Shown here piece after piece: positions 62,801-64,000 of a stretch of DNA of 64,000 nucleotides. The stretch spans positions 1,054,001-1,118,000 of the forward strand of contig OZ025785.1 in NCBI GenBank assembly GCA_964019425.1, written 5' to 3'. The notes beneath the pieces were generated by a model. The model ran no database searches. It saw only the letters and a list, made by a program, of their open reading frames with translations, and was not told the DNA's origin. The first letter of the stretch is position 1; each line of letters opens with the position of its first letter. The DNA comes from Flectonema sp. DT1601. Taxonomy: Eukaryota. The position numbers were made by a program, and so were the translations under genes.

Positions 62801-64000
62801 TTTGGGTCACTCTTACTGTGTCGGTTGGCACTTCGGAGGTGGCCTTGACTGTGGTGAGCCTCGATGGCAGCAAGACAGCGACTGCTACTGCGGCGTTCGA
62901 GTCCAGAATCCCGACGGATGGCATCCAGACGTTGAGACTTTATGAAATGGGTTTCTCGTCGCTTCGCGTGACTTCCGGAAGCACAGCTTACCTGGGAGTC
63001 ACCGTTCTGAGCGATGGCGACATTGAATCGAGCGGTGGGTATTACAACGTCGTTGGACCTGTGAACAGGGATCTCCTGGTGATCGAAGGTTCAGTGGCTG
63101 CGGTGACGCAGTCGGTTGGGTTGCCGGGGGACTGCTTCCCGGATTCGGCGGTGACCGGAAGCGACATCCTGACGTACACGACACCTGATTCTTGCATCAA
63201 GAGCCGAAAGGATTACAAGGTAACATGGATGAACAACTGGTACACGAAGACCGGAAAGGTGACTGTGAAGTTCTCGCTGAGGGACGTGACGTGTCAGACG
63301 TCGTTCGACGTGAGGGCCGGTCCGGCGCACCGCCTTCGATGCAAGGACGTGCAGGAGGAGGTCTTCACAAGAGAGCCTTGGCATTCGAGCATCGATGTTG
63401 TCGATGAACACGATAACCTGGTTGAGTGCATCGCTGACTTCCCGGCAACCAACACCGAGGAGGGCGTGTTCGGGGCGAGGTCTTACGACTGCACAGCGTA
63501 CACGGCAACGGTTGCCGTGCACGACGACGTGAGCGGGGATTCCCTGTACCAGGCATCGCAGACGGAGTCGCCGTTCACGAGCATTCCGCAATCGGAGGCC
63601 GCGTTCAGCCCGAGGTACGCCCAGCAGCCGAAGTCTGCGCTCCCGACGGGAGGGGTGAACGGCGTGGCGGACGGGTCGACTTTGGCCGAGTTCGGGGTTG
63701 ACTTCACGCAGGCTACTCCGGTGTCGACTGAGGGATGGGACGCGCGCTCTCCGACGGGAAGCTGGGCGGTGGGTTCGGAGTCATCGGCGGAGGGAGGGAG
63801 GTACTTCTTCGCATCCTCGGAAACCGAGAGGGCGCTGAACATGAGGTACCTCACGGACGGGAGGTTCGAAAACTTCGACAACCACGGAAACAGGTGTGCC
63901 CGGTCGAGGGATCCACGGGCGGTGTGCAGGTACGGTTCGGACCCGAGTGTGGACGGTTGCTGCAGGCTGCACACGCCTGGGAGAATAGTTCCTGGACGGA
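38873..64000 (+). CDS. Giant secreted/surface multidomain protein (>8,300 aa, runs off the 3' end): signal peptide, degenerate leishmanolysin/GP63 (M8) domain, ~25 Ig-like repeats with inserted lectin/WSC/PAN/Kelch modules
   Basis: Exon 1 is 38873-39117 (MFCSRVLSVMALLAGAHA...), followed by intron GTATGT(39118)...AAACAG(39248). Frame 1 from 39250 showed no stop in the stretches I translated. The ORF track lists no terminated + strand frame-1 ORF between 39250 and 64000. Confidence 0.93.
39250..41025 (+). other. Peptidase M8 (leishmanolysin/GP63)-like domain
   Basis: Motifs ADFVLYVTANP, RPVIGLI, ALHELVQALG, ARLHYGC, GLEVED, WEKRIANDEVM, SRLTLAMLQDTGYY, GG...MDFCP and GDIYCP appear in GP63 order. 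Confidence 0.9.
41860..42318 (+). other. C-type lectin-like domain 1
   Basis: GKCIELY...AKEKC...GTLATITS...FWTGL...C...C...PFFCE; no EPN/QPD or WND motif. Confidence 0.8.
46105..46425 (+). other. WSC-like carbohydrate-binding domain (others at ~44056-44367 and ~58180-58437)
   Basis: YSYTGCF...MTPAMCAKVC...VCMC...C...C...RCG...AAY. The other copies show C-x3-C-x3-G(Y/F)QY(W/F)G...CxC. Confidence 0.75.
50390..50530 (+). other. PAN/apple-like module (others at ~41300-41385, 43600-44600 split, ~51540-51730, ~55520-55650)
   Basis: CKLLCDASNTCKKWAF...CKLY...VSG follows the C-x3-C-x5-C-x2-W...C-x-L pattern. Confidence 0.7.
52885..54415 (+). other. Kelch-type beta-propeller, six blades
   Basis: Blades read RLGHT...IMYGG, AGHA...LVVFGG...DVWMYD...W, FYVVGG, LYVTTG, HHTA...IIYGG and GHVI...MYMFGG...DMWYL. 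Confidence 0.88.
57247..57777 (+). other. C-type lectin domain 2 with EPN and WND motifs (bacterial-style)
   Basis: NHFY...WRDAQTAC...GYLMTAT...GWMGASDRAEEGTWGWVTGPEG...EPN(57661)...GEDY...WND(57718)...GFICEWGG. Confidence 0.9.

Noticed and set aside
39291..63974. Many long minus-strand and off-frame ORFs (e.g. 41062..42891, 47707..49416, 56959..58926)
   Set aside because: They are Arg/His-rich shadows of the GC3-rich giant frame-1 gene and have no recognisable motifs.

Overview
Eukaryotic nuclear DNA. A euglenozoan such as a diplonemid is my inference, based on a GP63-family gene, short GTATGT...AG introns and closely spaced co-directional genes. There are three zones. (1) 1-26 kb is a repeat and transposon graveyard. 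It holds a 5'-truncated ORF followed by a hairpin and a 131-nt poly(A), a ~14.6 kb AT-rich satellite whose monomer has three hairpins, two interspersed longer repeat families, four TIR DNA elements (one nested in another; three with apparent target-site duplications) and captured ORF fragments. (2) 26.9-37 kb holds four ordinary + strand genes: an unknown helical protein, a possible PRCC-like protein, and a tandem pair of long-chain acyl-CoA synthetases shaped by gene conversion. (3) 38.9 kb to the window end is one giant + strand gene missing from the ORF track because it has no stop in the window (>8,300 aa). It encodes a signal peptide, a leishmanolysin/GP63 (M8) domain that has lost zinc ligands, and about 25 D-x-x-G-N Ig-like repeats. 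C-type lectin, WSC, PAN/apple and Kelch modules are inserted into the loops of those repeats. All domain calls are by eye from manual translation; no database searches were run.
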